From: an uncultured Gammaproteobacteria bacterium
GTDB taxonomy: Bacteria > Patescibacteriota > Microgenomatia > Levybacterales > GWA1-39-11
Reading direction: 5' to 3'
DNA: 24,000 nucleotides
Assembly: GCA_964365755.1 (NCBI GenBank)
Contig: CAYIRD010000001.1
Coordinates: 3,781 to 27,780, forward strand
Position 1 is the stretch's first letter. The number at the start of each line of letters is the position of its first letter. The position numbers and the translations under genes were made by a program. The notes under the pieces are model-generated. The model had not been told where the DNA came from. It was given only the letters and a program-made list of their open reading frames with translations, and did no database searches. This document shows, in pieces, positions 21,606-24,000 of the stretch.

Positions 21606-22889
21606 ATGAGGGCAAAAAAATTCATAAAGAAAAAGTTAATTAGGTTTCGGAAATGGATTAAATCCGGCTCATGGAAGAAACGCGCGCTACTCCTTGCTCT
21701 TGTTTTTATGGTGCTATTTTTTCTTCTCAAAAGCACATTACTTCGCGGCGGCCCGGAGTACTCTTTTGATACAGTTGAAAAAGGAAATGTAACCCAAGTT
21801 ATTACAGTAAATGGAAATGTTATTGCATCAAACGCTACAGATGTTTTTTCTCCCACAAATGGCGTACTGGACGAAATATTTGTGAAAAACGGTGACATAG
21901 TTGCCAAGGGCAATGCGTTGTTTACTGTACGAAGTACGGCCACCCCACAAGAGCAGGCATCAAGTTTTGCAAGCTATCAATCGGCTCTCAATACTTTAAA
22001 TACTGCACAAAATACCAAGTTGGCACTTGATGCTGCCATGTGGGCGAAACAGCAGACATACCTTGCTGCTCAAAATGAGCAAAACTATAAAAACAGTAAT
22101 TCCCAGAACCCCACAACAGGTAGGGCCTATACAAATCTTGAAAAACAAAGCATTGATTCCGGAGTTTACCAGACTCAAAAAGATTTTGCCGCAGCAGAGC
22201 AAGCATATAAAACAGCAGACGTTGCTATTGCCGATGGACAAGCACAGGTTGCAGCCAAACTTCTTGCTTATCAAGCAACCCAAAGTACGACTATTTATGC
22301 ACCAATCGCGGGTCGAGTCCACAATCTTATTGGTTTAAAGGGAGCCAGGGTTGAAGGTCAGACAAGTAATGCGGCACAGGTTAAGTCTGCTGCGATTATT
22401 GCAAGCGATACAAGTGAGTATACAGTAGGCATTGCTGCCTCCGAAGTTCACATTAGTAAAATAAAACTAGAACAACCAGTGACAATTCTATTCAATGGAA
22501 TTGCTAATAAAAAATACAAAGGTCGCGTAACTCAGATCGATACCTTTGGTACCAATACTAATGGTATTGTTACGTATAACGTTTTTATGGCAATTGAAGA
22601 TGGAGATCCATCAATAAGAGCAGGTATGTCAGCAGTTCTGACAATAAGTACAGACGAACACAAAGATGTTTTGACTGTCGGAAATGCCGCAATTATTACT
22701 TATGAAGGTGAAAAAGTAGTACAAGTGCTAAATGAGGATGGAGAAATTGAATTTATACCGGTTAGTGTAGGGCTTCGTGGAAACAGAAGGAGCGAAATCG
22801 TAGGAGGCGTAGATGAGGAGACGGAGGTCATTCTTGGTAATACGGAGTCTATGAATCAGGGAGGCAGCTCATTCACACTTGGTGAGTAA
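21606..22889 (+). CDS. HlyD/MacA-family periplasmic adaptor (membrane fusion protein, 427 aa)
   Basis: It has a TM anchor 'ALLLALVFMVLFFLL' and a lipoyl-like half 'GNVIASNATDVFSPTNGVLDEIFVKNGDIVAKGNALFTV'. A Q/A-rich coiled-coil hairpin follows. The second half-motif 'IYAPIAGRV' is present. The gene lies upstream of a MacB-type ATPase and permease. Confidence 0.8.
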   Translation: MRAKKFIKKKLIRFRKWIKSGSWKKRALLLALVFMVLFFLLKSTLLRGGPEYSFDTVEKGNVTQVITVNGNVIASNATDVFSPTNGVLDEIFVKNGDIVAKGNALFTVRSTATPQEQASSFASYQSALNTLNTAQNTKLALDAAMWAKQQTYLAAQNEQNYKNSNSQNPTTGRAYTNLEKQSIDSGVYQTQKDFAAAEQAYKTADVAIADGQAQVAAKLLAYQATQSTTIYAPIAGRVHNLIGLKGARVEGQTSNAAQVKSAAIIASDTSEYTVGIAASEVHISKIKLEQPVTILFNGIANKKYKGRVTQIDTFGTNTNGIVTYNVFMAIEDGDPSIRAGMSAVLTISTDEHKDVLTVGNAAIITYEGEKVVQVLNEDGEIEFIPVSVGLRGNRRSEIVGGVDEETEVILGNTESMNQGGSSFTLGE

Positions 22890-22890
22890 T

Positions 22891-23604
22891 ATGAAATCAG
22901 CTAGGTCTCCTCTTATAAGTTTTCAAAATATTACAAAATCGTATAAAACAGGAGGTAATACCTATCAGGTACTTAAGGGAATTACGCTGACAATCACGCA
23001 AGGAGAATTTGTTGCAATCATGGGTCCTTCTGGGAGTGGCAAATCAACAATTATGCATATCATGGGTGGTCTTGATTCACCAACAAATGGAGAATATTTG
23101 CTACGGGGGAGAAAAATTTCACAATACACAGATGATCAGCTGGCCCAAATTCGAAATAGAGATATAGGGTTTGTCTTTCAGGCATTTAATTTACTACCAA
23201 GAACTACCGTTGTCAAAAATGTACAGAGGCCAATGATGTACAGTGATATTGTTCCTGCTACGCTTCGCCCTAAGAGGGCAATGGAAATGCTCTCCCTTGT
23301 TCGTCTTTCGGAGAAGGCGGAAAGCCTCTCAAGTCAGCTATCCGGTGGTCAAATGCAGCGCGTGGCTATTGCTCGTGCACTTGTTATGAATCCCCAAATT
23401 ATCCTGGCTGATGAACCAACTGGGAATCTTGATAGCAAAGCGTCTTCTGAGATTATGAAATTACTAAAAGCACTTAACAAAAAGGGGCATACGGTTGTAG
23501 TTATCACGCATGATTTGGAAATCGCCGCGTATACCAACAGAATTATCTCCATTAAGGATGGTAGTATAGTTTCCGGTAAATCGAGCACCTTTAATAAAAA
23601 ATAA
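22891..23604 (+). CDS. ABC transporter ATP-binding protein, MacB/LolD/FtsE-type (237 aa from the ATG at 22891)
   Basis: Walker A 'GPSGSGKST', signature 'LSGGQMQRVAIARAL', Walker B 'ILADEPTGNLD', and H-loop 'VVVITHD'. I prefer the ATG at 22891, 1 nt after the adaptor stop, over the listed TTG at 22879. Confidence 0.9.
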   Translation: MKSARSPLISFQNITKSYKTGGNTYQVLKGITLTITQGEFVAIMGPSGSGKSTIMHIMGGLDSPTNGEYLLRGRKISQYTDDQLAQIRNRDIGFVFQAFNLLPRTTVVKNVQRPMMYSDIVPATLRPKRAMEMLSLVRLSEKAESLSSQLSGGQMQRVAIARALVMNPQIILADEPTGNLDSKASSEIMKLLKALNKKGHTVVVITHDLEIAAYTNRIISIKDGSIVSGKSSTFNKK

Positions 23605-23606
23605 CT

Positions 23607-24000
23607 ATGGAATTTGGAGAAATTCTAATGACAGCAGTTAGGTCGCTTCATTCAAATATTTTGCGTACGTCTCTGACAACGCTTGGAATTGTGATCGGAA
23701 TTTTTGCGATTACGCTTATTCTTATCATAAGTCAAGGCGCGACAAGTGCTATTACAGCTAAATTCTCGTCTCTTGGAACAAAGCTCGTTCATGTGCCTAA
23801 TGGTCCCAATGAAGCCTTATCAACTGAGGACGCGTCTGTAATTGCTCAGCAAGTATCAGGTATTGCCGCATACAGCGTAGAAGTGAATAGGAGCGAGACG
23901 GTGAGCGCCGGCGGAAAAAATATTATCGCAACAATTGAAGGTGTATCCCCAACACACGCCGATATTTTTTTTCTGGGCGTTGAGAAAGGTAGTTTTTTTA
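23607..24000 (+). CDS. MacB/FtsX-type ABC permease, N-terminal 131 aa; continues off the right edge
   Basis: I translated it by hand: 'MEFGEILMTAVRSLHSNILRTSLTTLGIVIGIFAITLILII...'. This is the typical MacB-type TM1, followed by the start of the periplasmic domain. There is no stop before the window end, so the ORF is absent from the ORF track. Confidence 0.8.
   Translation, partial: MEFGEILMTAVRSLHSNILRTSLTTLGIVIGIFAITLILIISQGATSAITAKFSSLGTKLVHVPNGPNEALSTEDASVIAQQVSGIAAYSVEVNRSETVSAGGKNIIATIEGVSPTHADIFFLGVEKGSFF

Noticed and set aside
21548-21943. 131-aa minus-strand ORF overlapping the start of the HlyD/MacA-like gene
   Set aside because: It overlaps two plus-strand genes that have clear family motifs. 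It has no recognisable domain and is most likely a shadow ORF.

Overview
Low-GC bacterial window, visibly AT-rich except for the RND genes. It may come from a small-genome or Patescibacteria-like lineage, but I cannot verify that without databases. The core cell-division genes ftsA (partial, left edge) and ftsZ (10904-11998) are present but are not adjacent. About 9.8 kb lies between them, holding a tightly packed, same-strand, translationally coupled six-gene cluster (1150-10556). It encodes three paralogous proteins built from 21 copies of a 61-72 aa 'YW(T)xExIExEA...YPGG...LKEKLGL' repeat, a 1303-aa SNF2-type helicase fused to a class I SAM methyltransferase, a 178-aa protein with no recognisable domain, and a truncated MPG/AAG-like DNA glycosylase homologue. 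Four of the six proteins end in the same peptide, (I/V)SPD(E/D)ANEQLRRL(L/I)E. It is written with different synonymous codons in each gene, which suggests a shared docking or sorting tail. I cannot match this gene set to any named system, and it is my main candidate for something new. Downstream of ftsZ lie a RelE/YafQ-type toxin with an RHH antitoxin, a 296-aa hypothetical, and a 23-codon micro-ORF. The last 9 codons of the micro-ORF spell the FtsZ C-terminal peptide IPAFLRQKN exactly, with synonymous differences only. The right half is ordinary transport: a minimal periplasmic adaptor with two tandem RND permeases (visibly higher GC, one 70/71-nt near-identical patch), a secreted hypothetical, and a MacA/MacB-like adaptor, ABC ATPase and permease (partial, right edge). 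Several good sigma70-like promoters sit 6-9 nt from start codons, implying leaderless mRNAs. No tRNA, rRNA, CRISPR, transposase or integrase was recognised.
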